Made by a program: the position numbers and the translations under genes. The notes beneath the pieces are model-generated. The model was not told where the DNA came from, did not search any database, and was given only the letters and a program-made list of their open reading frames with translations. A stretch of 64,000 nt of DNA from Chthoniobacterales bacterium (GTDB lineage Bacteria; Verrucomicrobiota; Verrucomicrobiia; Chthoniobacterales; JAFAMB01), in assembly GCA_036401335.1 (NCBI GenBank), contig DASWVC010000033.1, positions 291-64,290 on the forward strand, read 5' to 3'. Positions 18,118 through 27,528 of this stretch are shown here, piece by piece; within the stretch, counting starts at the first letter, position 1; each line of letters begins with the position of its first letter.

Positions 18118-21100
18118 ATGTACCTGAAATCGTTAGAGCTTCTGGGCTTCAAGTCGTTTGCCCATAAGACCACTTTGAACTTGCACCCCGGAGTTACGGC
18201 GATCGTCGGGCCGAACGGCTGCGGCAAAAGCAACGTGCTTGACGCGATCCGCTGGGTTTTGGGCGAGCAATCCGCAAAAGCGCTGCGGGGTGGAGAAATG
18301 GCCGACGTGATCTTTAGCGGGACCGACAGCAAACAGGGAGTTGGTCTAGCGGAAGTGTCCCTGACGTTTGCCGACTGCGAGAAGGAACTCGGGGTGGATT
18401 ACCACGAAGTCTGCATTACCCGCCGGGTTTACCGGGATGGCGGCTCCGATTACCTGCTTAACCGCACGCCATGCCGGCTTAAAGACATTCAGATGCTGTT
18501 TATGGACACCGGCATTGGCCGGTCGGCCTACTCGATCATGGAGCAGGGCCGCATTGATCAGATTTTAAGCTCCCGGCCGGAAGACCGCCGGGCCATTTTC
18601 GAGGAGGCGGCCGGGATCACGAAGTACAAAGCGCAGAGGAAGGAGGCATTGCGGAAACTGGAGTACACGGATGCCAACCTGATCCGGCTTGCGGACATCA
18701 TGAAGGAGGTCAAGCGCCAGATCGCGTCGCTGCAGCGCCAGGCGGGCAAAGCCCGACGCTACCAGGCGCTGCTTGAGGAACTGCGGGTGCTGGACCTGCA
18801 CTTAAGCCGGCGGGCTGAGGAGGGCCTCTCGCTCGCGATCGCCGAGACCGAACAGGAGGCCGCTCGCTGCCGTGCCAATCAACATTCAGTGGGGAAAAGT
18901 GTGGACTCCGAGGAATCCGGCCTGTCGAAACGGCGCCAGGAACTGGAAACCCTGGAGGCGCGCACGCTGGAGGCCTGGCAGCGCGTCCAGGACCTGAAAG
19001 GTCAGGCCGATGCCGTGGCGGGGCGCATCGGATTCAATGAAGAGCGCATCCGCGAGGCGGAACACCTCGCCAGGCGTGCGGAAGCGGAGGTCGCGGCGGC
19101 CGAAGAAAAGCTTCAGATTCAGCGGCGCCAACTCGACGACACGGACCATCAACTCGTCGAGGTTTCTGGCACTCTAAAGGCGGAGGAACAACAGCTCCTG
19201 CTCCAGCAAAAGGAGGTGAATGACCTTCGTGGCCGGCGGTTGGAGCGAGAGAAGTCGACGCTCGAATTCCAGCGGCAGGTGCAACAAAAAGAAAGCCGGG
19301 TTGCGACGCTGCGGGGCGATCTCGCCAGCACGGTGGGCCAGCGTGAGGCGGGCGAGACACGTCTGGGGTTGCTGGGGCAGGAACTGGATCAATCAGTTGC
19401 GGCGCGGGACCGCCTTGTCGCCCAGGCAGCGGAAACGCGCACCCGGCTGGAGGAGGCGCAGGCGCACGCGCAACACTGCCGGAACGGGTTGAAGGATGCG
19501 GAACACGGGTTGCTTCAGGTCCAGAAAGAATTGCAGGCATCCGAACGGGAGGTCGTGGCAGCCCAACGCAACCTGACCGAGCGCGAATCCAAACTGGAAG
19601 TGCTCCGCCAGCTGAATGAAGAAGGGGCCGGCCTGGGAACCGGCACCCAAGCGGTACTGAAAGGACTCGACAACCCTCAGCTTTACCGGAACGCACTGAT
19701 CGGCGCCGTCGCAAATTTCCTGGAAGTACCGAGCGATCTGATCCCGGCCGTCGAAGCGGCGTTGGGGCAGCATCTCCAGGCCATCCTCGTCGCCGACCCG
19801 ACCGTCGCCGAGGCGATGGCGAAAAGCTTAACCCGAGGAAGGTACGGCCGGGCCTCCATCCTGCCGGCCAACTTTCTCCGCCAACCCGGGTCGGTGCAGG
19901 GTCAGATGCTGCCGGAAGGAAGCCTCGGTTGGTTGCTCGACCGGATCAAGGTGCAACCTCAGGTCGCGTCGCTTCTCAATCGGCTCCTCGCACCGGTAGC
20001 CCTTGCAGCAGACCTGGCAACCGCCTTCCGGATCAAGCGTACCTCGCCGGACCTTGCCGTGGTCACCTTGGACGGGGAGTTGATCACAGAGGCCGGCATG
20101 GTGTCAGCCGGCCAGGTCGGGGAAGGCCAGTCTTCCATTTTTCGGCGAAAGGTCCAGATGCGCGCGCTCACGTCTGAATGCGCCGGCTTGACCGCGGCAA
20201 TCGCGGAATGCCGGGCCAGGCGCGAGCACCTTGCGGCGCAATCTGAATCCGCGGCGACCCAGGTTGCCAAGGCCAGGGACGAGGCCCAGAGCGCAGAGGT
20301 CGCTGCTTCGAGTCTTCAAGGCACGCTTTCCTTGCTGGATCGCGAACTTCGCGAATCCGAGGGCAAGGTGAAAAGTTTGTCGTGGGAAAAGAACACCACC
20401 CAACAACGCCTGGAAACCGCGGCGGCTCGCGTTTCCGTGGTGGAGCAGGAATTACGCGCACACCTGGAGCAAGTGACGGCTTTCCAAGAACACGTGACCA
20501 CATTGGCGCGCGAAGTTGAGCTGTTGCGCTCCGATGAGGATGCCCTGGCTGAGGTCCTCAACGCGTTAAAAGTCCGCGTCGCCACGGAACGGCAGCGAAA
20601 AGAGAACCTCGAACGGCAGCGCCAACCCCTGGCGTTGCGGGTGGGGGAATTGAGCGAGGTGATCCGGCAACGCGGGCAGGATTTGGCCGGTTACCGTCAC
20701 CGGAGCGGTCACCTCCGGGAAGAAAACGACCGGCTGAGGGAGCAGTCCGTGGAACGTGATTGCCTTCAAAAAGAAGCGGCGGCCAACGTGGCCAGGTTGC
20801 AGGCGGAACGGGCCGAGCGCCTCGGTGCGGTTGATACGGTGGAGCAAACGCTTCGGCAACTGCGCAAAGAATGGTCTGAGTGGCAGGAGCGCCGGTCTCA
20901 GGAAGAATTGAAGCAGACCCAACTGGGCCTTCGGCTGGAACGGGTGCGGGAACACGTAGCGCACCGTTACCAACTGGACCTCACCGCGTTCGAGCCGGAT
21001 TGGCCGGCGTTTCGGACGGCAATCCAGGAGCAGCGGGACCGGCTGTCAGCCCCGTCCGGGCAGCCCGCCGCTGAAGATCCCGTCGATTGGGACTTCGTTC

Positions 21101-21792
21101 AGCAAGCCGTGGCGGAAATGACGGAGCGCCTCGATGCCATGGGCCCGGTGAACCTCGAATCCATTCAGGAATACGATGAGCTTGAGGAACGACAACGGTT
21201 TTTGGACGAGCAGCACGAAGATTTGATCAAGTCCAAAGCCGAGCTCCTTAAGGTAATCAGCAAGATCAACGAAACCACCACCGCGCTTTTCGCCGAGACG
21301 TTTGCGCAGGTGCGACGGAACTTTGAAGGAATGTTTGTCGAACTTTTCGGTGGCGGCAAAGCCAACCTGCTTTTGGTCGACGATGCAGACCCGTTGGAAA
21401 GCGGCATCGAAATCATCGCCAAACCGCCGGGGAAACAACTGCAGTCCATCTCCCTGCTGTCGGGTGGTGAGAAGACGATGACGGCGGTAGCGCTGCTGTT
21501 CTCCATCTATATGGTTAAACCGAGTCCGTTTTGCGTCCTGGACGAGATGGACGCGCCTTTGGACGAATCCAACATCGACCGGTTCATCAGGATTTTGGAG
21601 CGATTTGTCGCGCAGAGTCAGTTCGTTGTCATCACCCATAACAAACGCACCATCGCCAAGGCGGACGTGCTGTACGGGGTCACGATGGAAGAGCATGGCA
21701 TTAGCAAGCTCGTCGGCGTGCGCCTGACCAGGCGTGACGGTGCCCGAGGGCAGGAGGAACCTGCCGACGAGAGAACGGCCGTGACTGCGTGA
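18118..21792 (+). CDS. smc: Chromosome partition protein Smc
   Basis: Start at MYLKSLELLGFKSF. Walker A GPNGCGKSN, long coiled coils, a hinge, and C-terminal LSGGEK and VLDEMDAPLD. Confidence 0.95.
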   Translation: MYLKSLELLGFKSFAHKTTLNLHPGVTAIVGPNGCGKSNVLDAIRWVLGEQSAKALRGGEMADVIFSGTDSKQGVGLAEVSLTFADCEKELGVDYHEVCITRRVYRDGGSDYLLNRTPCRLKDIQMLFMDTGIGRSAYSIMEQGRIDQILSSRPEDRRAIFEEAAGITKYKAQRKEALRKLEYTDANLIRLADIMKEVKRQIASLQRQAGKARRYQALLEELRVLDLHLSRRAEEGLSLAIAETEQEAARCRANQHSVGKSVDSEESGLSKRRQELETLEARTLEAWQRVQDLKGQADAVAGRIGFNEERIREAEHLARRAEAEVAAAEEKLQIQRRQLDDTDHQLVEVSGTLKAEEQQLLLQQKEVNDLRGRRLEREKSTLEFQRQVQQKESRVATLRGDLASTVGQREAGETRLGLLGQELDQSVAARDRLVAQAAETRTRLEEAQAHAQHCRNGLKDAEHGLLQVQKELQASEREVVAAQRNLTERESKLEVLRQLNEEGAGLGTGTQAVLKGLDNPQLYRNALIGAVANFLEVPSDLIPAVEAALGQHLQAILVADPTVAEAMAKSLTRGRYGRASILPANFLRQPGSVQGQMLPEGSLGWLLDRIKVQPQVASLLNRLLAPVALAADLATAFRIKRTSPDLAVVTLDGELITEAGMVSAGQVGEGQSSIFRRKVQMRALTSECAGLTAAIAECRARREHLAAQSESAATQVAKARDEAQSAEVAASSLQGTLSLLDRELRESEGKVKSLSWEKNTTQQRLETAAARVSVVEQELRAHLEQVTAFQEHVTTLAREVELLRSDEDALAEVLNALKVRVATERQRKENLERQRQPLALRVGELSEVIRQRGQDLAGYRHRSGHLREENDRLREQSVERDCLQKEAAANVARLQAERAERLGAVDTVEQTLRQLRKEWSEWQERRSQEELKQTQLGLRLERVREHVAHRYQLDLTAFEPDWPAFRTAIQEQRDRLSAPSGQPAAEDPVDWDFVQQAVAEMTERLDAMGPVNLESIQEYDELEERQRFLDEQHEDLIKSKAELLKVISKINETTTALFAETFAQVRRNFEGMFVELFGGGKANLLLVDDADPLESGIEIIAKPPGKQLQSISLLSGGEKTMTAVALLFSIYMVKPSPFCVLDEMDAPLDESNIDRFIRILERFVAQSQFVVITHNKRTIAKADVLYGVTMEEHGISKLVGVRLTRRDGARGQEEPADERTAVTA

Positions 21793-21838
21793 CCGATGAA
21801 AACCGTGAGTCTTTCCTGAAGGGCCCACGCCGATGCTT

Positions 21839-23641
21839 TTACACCCCAACCGGCCCAGAGGGAACCGCCTGAGGGGTGTCCACCCACCGGCCGTGCTCGC
21901 GAATCAGGTCCACCAGCCGGCTGACCGCGTCCCCCTCAGGGATATTGAACTTCACCGGCTGCTTTCCGACGTACAGGTTTACTTTCCCGGGCGCTCCCCC
22001 CACATACCCGAAATCGGCATCCGCCATTTCGCCGGGGCCGTTCACGATGCACCCCATGATCGCGATTTTGACTCCCTTCAAATGGCTGGTTGCCCCTTTG
22101 ATCCGAGCGGTCGTCGATTGCAGGTCAAACAACGTACGCCCACAAGACGGGCATGCCACGTAATCGGTTTTGAAAATCCGGGCCCCAGCGGCTTGCAGGA
22201 TGTTGTAGGCCAGCCGCAAGGATTGGCCGGGGGCGGCTTCGCCTTGGATCAACACCGCATCTCCAATTCCATCGCAGATCAACGCCCCGATGGACGCGGC
22301 CGCTTCCAAGAGAGCGTCAGCAAACGGTTTGTCAGAAGAGGATGAAGGCGTCAGGCTGTCCTTCAATAACACCGGATGGCGGGGCTGCACGTGCAACGCG
22401 AGCATTCTGAACGCCGCGATCACCGGCAGGTCGAGGCCGTCTTTGACGGTCACCAGCACCGGGCTTTGCCGGCCGTTTACCGCTTCGATCTCCGCCCCGT
22501 TTCGTGGATCCAACGCCACAACTTCATTCTGTTCAAGAACGACCTCCGGCTGGAAATCGCCCATGCGATCAAGCTTGTGGGCAACCTGGTCGAACGTGCG
22601 TTGGTGAACCGCGACCCGGATCAACTCTTCGCCCCCGAGTGCGACACCCGGTAGCGCAACGACAAGTCGACTGGCCCGTCGGCTGAAAGCGAATGGATCG
22701 TAAGCCAAGCGTGCACCTTGGTTGATCTTCAGGGTCGGGTCGGAGTCTGCGCGGGCGTACTTTGCCACCAGTGCTTTAGCCACCGGGATCTCGTAAACGC
22801 TGTCCTCCGTCAACGAGACCCGGATGGTGTCGCCGAGGCCGTCCGCGAGCAACGAACCGATCCCGATGGCGCTCTTGATCCGGCCGTCTTCGCCATCACC
22901 CGCCTCTGTTACCCCGAGGTGCAGCGGGTAGTTCCAATCGACTCCTTCGTGGTAAAGTCGGGCTACGAGCAGCCGGTAAGCCGAAATCATGACTTTCGGG
23001 TTGCTGGCTTTCATGGAAAAAATGAAATCGTGGAAGTCAAGGTCACGGGCAATCCGGGCAAATTCCAGGGCACTCTCCACCATCCCGAGCGGCGTATCGC
23101 CGTAACGGTTCATGATGCGATCGCTCAAAGAGCCATGGTTGGTGCCGATGCGCATGCTCACGCCGCGTTCCCGGCAAAGCTTTACCAGGGGGGTAAAACG
23201 GTCCCGGATTCGCCCCAGTTCGGCCTGGTATTGCTCGTCTGAATACTCTTTCACGGCGAACTTCTTAGAGTCCGCATAATTTCCTGGGTTGATCCGAACT
23301 TTCTCGACCCAGCGGGCTGCTTCCAGGGCGGCGTCCGGTTTGAAATGGATGTCCGCAACGATCGGCACCTCGCAGCCGTGTTCCCGTAACCCGATCTTGA
23401 TGGCCTGGAGGTTCTGCGCATCCCGCACCGTTGGCGCCGTGATCCGGACAATCTCGCAACCAGCCGCGACCAGGGCAAGGGTTTGCTGGATGCAGGCCTG
23501 CGTGTCCATCGTGTCGCAGGTGATCATCGATTGCACCCGGACGGGGTTGTTGCCACCAACGCCTACATGACCGACCTGCACCACCCGCGTTAGCCGCCGC
23601 TGAGGCAGGTAGGGGTCGGGGCAATAGAAAAGCTCATTCAT
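21839..23641 (-). CDS. ispG: 4-hydroxy-3-methylbut-2-en-1-yl diphosphate synthase (IspG), long form with inserted domain
   Basis: 600 aa. The N-terminal TIM-barrel region and the C-terminal CPSCGR...GC.VNGPGE Fe-S region are separated by an insertion of about 250 aa. Confidence 0.95.
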   Translation of the reverse strand: MNELFYCPDPYLPQRRLTRVVQVGHVGVGGNNPVRVQSMITCDTMDTQACIQQTLALVAAGCEIVRITAPTVRDAQNLQAIKIGLREHGCEVPIVADIHFKPDAALEAARWVEKVRINPGNYADSKKFAVKEYSDEQYQAELGRIRDRFTPLVKLCRERGVSMRIGTNHGSLSDRIMNRYGDTPLGMVESALEFARIARDLDFHDFIFSMKASNPKVMISAYRLLVARLYHEGVDWNYPLHLGVTEAGDGEDGRIKSAIGIGSLLADGLGDTIRVSLTEDSVYEIPVAKALVAKYARADSDPTLKINQGARLAYDPFAFSRRASRLVVALPGVALGGEELIRVAVHQRTFDQVAHKLDRMGDFQPEVVLEQNEVVALDPRNGAEIEAVNGRQSPVLVTVKDGLDLPVIAAFRMLALHVQPRHPVLLKDSLTPSSSSDKPFADALLEAAASIGALICDGIGDAVLIQGEAAPGQSLRLAYNILQAAGARIFKTDYVACPSCGRTLFDLQSTTARIKGATSHLKGVKIAIMGCIVNGPGEMADADFGYVGGAPGKVNLYVGKQPVKFNIPEGDAVSRLVDLIREHGRWVDTPQAVPSGPVGV

Positions 23642-23659
23642 TGCTTCAAAACGCGCCGT

Positions 23660-25312
23660 TTACCGGTTCCCGGGCGGCGCAGGCTTTGCCGGCACACTGA
23701 AATGCGGCTTCTGGTTGTTGCTCCACGGAAGATCCTGAACGTCGTAAAACGACACGTAGAGCATGAACCCGATCAGAAAAATCGCGCAAGCTCCCTGCAG
23801 CGCTTCCAACACCCGTAAATTGATGGGGCGGCGGCGAACCGATTCTACGAGCGCAAGGAGGATGTGTCCTCCATCAAGCACAGGGATTGGCAGAAGGTTA
23901 ATAATGGCAAGGTTGATGTTGAAGACTACGCTGAACCATAGAGCCAGCTGCCAGCCGACATCACTTTGGAAGAGCAGGTAATAGGTTCGCATGATCATTA
24001 CCGGCCCACTCATGTGTTGCAGCTTGATGTCCGACTGCGGGGACATCAGTGCGCCTATGGTGTTGGTCAAGGTCTGCATAGCCGCTGAGATTTGCTCCAA
24101 CGGGGGGATGTGTGCGACCGTCATGCGGCCTCCGGCATCCCAGGCGATGCCGCCGTTCGACTCCGCGCTGAACTCCACGCCGATGATGGGTTTAGTCCGG
24201 CCATCCGGGGTCGCCGGCAGCACCCGCACCACCCTGGGTGACTCCCGGCCGGACGCAACCTGCAGCGAAAAGGGTTCACTCGGCTTTTCTTCGATGAACC
24301 GCACGACTTCGGCCGGATCGTAAATCGGCAAATTGTTCAACGCCAGGACACGGTCCCCCGCACGGATGCCGGCCACTTCGGCCGGGCCGTTTCTAATCAC
24401 GGAGGCGATGACAGGCCGGCTCGGTTCCATTCGCAACTGCAGCGGCCGTCCGTCCCGCAGTACCGTCAGCGTAAGCTCTTTACCTGGAGCTTTCTGCGCC
24501 CATTCAAAAATCTGCTGAGGGTAATAAAGTTTAATCCCGTCCACTGCCACGATCTCGTCGTTTGGTTGCAACCCCGCCCGCGCAGCCGGGGAGCCGTCCG
24601 TAACTTTGGCTACAATGGGGGTGATTGCCGGTTGCAACCCGACCTGGCGCAACGACCGGCGTTCCCAACCCTTGGTTTCCGCCCGGGTATAACCCGAATT
24701 AAGGGTCAAGACCTCGTTTCCACGTTGGACTTTGAACGGGATGGTTTCCCCCTCACTCCGGACGATGTACCAGGTGACGCTGTTTACGATTCCGCTGAAA
24801 CGGCTTACGGGATGGCCATCGACCTCAAGGAGCTTGTCCCCAGGAAGAAACCCCGCCTTTGCCGCCGGTTGATCAGGTGCGACGTAACCGACCACCGTTG
24901 TGGCCTCGGCCTCAGCCGTTGGCCTCCCCACCACCCAGACCACGGTCGCAAACGCTAAGGCCAGGAGAAAACTGAAAAGGGGGCCTGCAAACGCTACGAT
25001 GATCTTATCCAACGGCGAGATCGGGGGAAGGCTGGACCGTGCTGCCTCCGGCTTGCCTTCCACGGCATCCATCGGGGCCATTTGCGGCAGCAGCACAAAG
25101 CCCCCGGCCGGAATCCACCCCAGGCTGAATTCTACCCCGTGAAAAGTTCGTTTCAGCAACGGGCGACCGAACCAGATCCCGAACTTTTCTACGTGCAGGC
25201 CCCGCCAGCGGGCAGCCAGAAAGTGACCAAGCTCGTGGACGATGATCAGAAGGTGAAAAATGAGAACAACCTCGAGAACAATCAGTACGACGCGGAGGAT
25301 ATTTTCAAACAT
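23660..25312 (-). CDS. rseP: RIP metalloprotease RseP (site-2 protease) with multiple PDZ domains
   Basis: HELGHF zinc motif at the N-terminus, repeated PDZ-like segments (PAA.AGL.PGD.I) and C-terminal NLLPIPVLDGGH. Confidence 0.9.
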   Translation of the reverse strand: MFENILRVVLIVLEVVLIFHLLIIVHELGHFLAARWRGLHVEKFGIWFGRPLLKRTFHGVEFSLGWIPAGGFVLLPQMAPMDAVEGKPEAARSSLPPISPLDKIIVAFAGPLFSFLLALAFATVVWVVGRPTAEAEATTVVGYVAPDQPAAKAGFLPGDKLLEVDGHPVSRFSGIVNSVTWYIVRSEGETIPFKVQRGNEVLTLNSGYTRAETKGWERRSLRQVGLQPAITPIVAKVTDGSPAARAGLQPNDEIVAVDGIKLYYPQQIFEWAQKAPGKELTLTVLRDGRPLQLRMEPSRPVIASVIRNGPAEVAGIRAGDRVLALNNLPIYDPAEVVRFIEEKPSEPFSLQVASGRESPRVVRVLPATPDGRTKPIIGVEFSAESNGGIAWDAGGRMTVAHIPPLEQISAAMQTLTNTIGALMSPQSDIKLQHMSGPVMIMRTYYLLFQSDVGWQLALWFSVVFNINLAIINLLPIPVLDGGHILLALVESVRRRPINLRVLEALQGACAIFLIGFMLYVSFYDVQDLPWSNNQKPHFSVPAKPAPPGNR

Positions 25313-25318
25313 GATTTC

Positions 25319-26476
25319 TTAGGCTTTTGCCAGCAAGTCCTGCGCGTACCGACGCGCGGCCAAATCGGCTTCCATTATACCATCCAATGAAGGAGTCGCC
25401 AAGTAGGGCACCCCGTTCATGGCTTGTTCCACGGTCCGCCAGATTGCCGGGAACGAGATCCGGCCGTTCAGAAACGCTTCGACAGCTACCTCGTTGGCCG
25501 CGTTCATCACGGCTGGCAGGGTACCCCCTTTAACGCCGGCGAGCCTGGCCAGGTTAAGGGCCGGGAAATCGTGGTAACGGGGTTCCTCAAACTCCAGGCG
25601 TCCCCATTCAGCGAGGCGCAACGGCTTCAGCTTGTTGGGCACGCGGTCCGGCCAGGTCACCGCGTATTGGATCGGGAAACACATGTCGGAGTGGCTGAGT
25701 TGCGCGAGAATGGAATGGTCAACGAACTCCACCATGGAATGAACAATGCTCTGTGGATGCACGAGCACCTGCAGGCGATCCATCGGCACCCCGAACAACC
25801 AGCGGGCCTCGATCATTTCCAGCCCTTTGTTGAAGAGGGTGGCGGAATCGATGCTGATTTTCGGGCCCATCGACCATGTCGGGTGCTTAAGCGCCTGCGC
25901 GGGCGTGACGCGCTCAAGGTCCGCTGCATTCATCTGCCGAAACGGCCCGCCTGACGCCGTGATGATCAGGTTTGCCACGTGTGCGGCCGGCCGGTTTTCG
26001 AGGCATTGGAAGATGGCGTTGTGTTCGCTGTCAACCGGCAGAATCATTCGGCCCTGCCGGGCGGCTTGGTCCATGACCATTTCGCCCGCCATTACGAGAA
26101 TTTCTTTGCTTGCCACCGCCAGGTCTTTTCCGCTGGCCAACGCGGCCAGCGCCGGTCGCAGCCCTTTCGTGCCGACGATGGCGACCACCACGAGGTCCGC
26201 CTCGGTATGGGTGGCAAGCTGCACCAGGCCCTCCTCGCCCGCATAGATCTCAGGATGGTACGCCAGCAACCCCTTTAGCTTGGGCATTGCCTCGGCCTCA
26301 ACCAGGCAGAGCGCCTCCGGGCGTAGCAAGTTGGCATGTTCCGCCAGTTTTTCCGCGCTGCGATGGGCGGCCATTCCGACCACCTTCATCCGTGCGGGCA
26401 GCGTCTGGGCTACCTGGATCGCACTTGCACCGATGGAACCCGTGGCCCCGAGCAGAATGACGCGGCGCATCCTCAT
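25319..26476 (-). CDS. dxr: 1-deoxy-D-xylulose 5-phosphate reductoisomerase
   Basis: 385 aa. LGATGSIG NADPH motif, DSEHNAIFQC, and full-length Dxr similarity. Confidence 0.95.
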   Translation of the reverse strand: MRMRRVILLGATGSIGASAIQVAQTLPARMKVVGMAAHRSAEKLAEHANLLRPEALCLVEAEAMPKLKGLLAYHPEIYAGEEGLVQLATHTEADLVVVAIVGTKGLRPALAALASGKDLAVASKEILVMAGEMVMDQAARQGRMILPVDSEHNAIFQCLENRPAAHVANLIITASGGPFRQMNAADLERVTPAQALKHPTWSMGPKISIDSATLFNKGLEMIEARWLFGVPMDRLQVLVHPQSIVHSMVEFVDHSILAQLSHSDMCFPIQYAVTWPDRVPNKLKPLRLAEWGRLEFEEPRYHDFPALNLARLAGVKGGTLPAVMNAANEVAVEAFLNGRISFPAIWRTVEQAMNGVPYLATPSLDGIMEADLAARRYAQDLLAKA

Positions 26477-26504
26477 TTCAAAAGGAGAAGGAATCTCAGG
26501 ATCC

Positions 26505-27419
26505 TCATTTCAGAACGAATCTGAGGTAAAAATACATCAAGGGAGCCGTGAAGAGAATGCTGTCCACCAGGTCGAGGATACCACCGATGCCTGGCAGCAC
26601 GCTGCCCGAATCCTTTACCCCGGTGCTTCGTTTGATCATCGATTCACCCAGGTCGCCGCCCACGGCCGCTACCCCGATGAGAAACCCGAGGGCGGTCCCA
26701 TGCGCAAAATTCAGGTAGTGAAGCTGGTGCGGAAGCAACCAGATCACGAGGTAGCTCCCGAGAATGGAAAACAAAAATGACCCCACAAAACCTTCCCAGG
26801 TCTTGCCGGGGCTGATGTGCGGCGCCATCTGGTGCCGGCCGAACCGGCTGCCGACCAGGTAAGCTCCCATGTCGCTGAATTTGGTCACCACGATCAGGTA
26901 CAACACGTAAAATTGCCCCAGCAGCGAGCCGTCGGGAGCGCGGGGCACGAGGTAAACGATTTTCGTGATGAAATTAAACAGCCAGGCCACATACAACAAT
27001 CCAAAAAGGGTGTAGGCCATTGCTTCCAGGGGCGTGGCTTTCGCCACCGGCCGGAACGTTTGACGCGCAAAGACCCCAATCAAAAAGACCAGCAGCATTG
27101 CCAGTTCAAAGTCGTAAGCCGATTCAATTCCGCGAGCCCGTAAGTAAAGGAAAGTGCCAAGAAAGGAGGCAGCGCCGCTGGTCAACCCAAAAGCTTTGAA
27201 ACACTGCCGCCCGCTCCGCTGGATCATGTTGAAATATTCCCAGAGGCTGATGAACCCCAGCGAGCTGATAAACAGGAGGAAAACGACGTCGTTGCCGGAA
27301 AAGATCACGGCCAGCGCAATCGTCCACATTGCGATCGCGCTTACCAGCCTGCGAAGGAAACGACTCATGCGTTTAGGTTCGCCGACCCTGCCATACTCAA
27401 TCCAGTAATCAATGAACAT
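26505..27419 (-). CDS. cdsA: Phosphatidate cytidylyltransferase (CdsA)
   Basis: Polytopic membrane protein with the C-terminal S..KR...KDSG.LLPGHGG-like signature (KRSTGVKDSGSVLPGIGGILD). The likelier start may be the ATG at 27368 (MSRFLRRL). Confidence 0.88.
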   Translation of the reverse strand: MFIDYWIEYGRVGEPKRMSRFLRRLVSAIAMWTIALAVIFSGNDVVFLLFISSLGFISLWEYFNMIQRSGRQCFKAFGLTSGAASFLGTFLYLRARGIESAYDFELAMLLVFLIGVFARQTFRPVAKATPLEAMAYTLFGLLYVAWLFNFITKIVYLVPRAPDGSLLGQFYVLYLIVVTKFSDMGAYLVGSRFGRHQMAPHISPGKTWEGFVGSFLFSILGSYLVIWLLPHQLHYLNFAHGTALGFLIGVAAVGGDLGESMIKRSTGVKDSGSVLPGIGGILDLVDSILFTAPLMYFYLRFVLK

Positions 27420-27528
27420 CGACGGGCCGACTTCCCCGGGGGGCGCCGGCCCGCGCTCCGCGACAGGACCGGCATCGGGTCACATTCATCGGCAAAACGT
27501 GCCGGCGCTTTAGCACATGGTTCTCCCG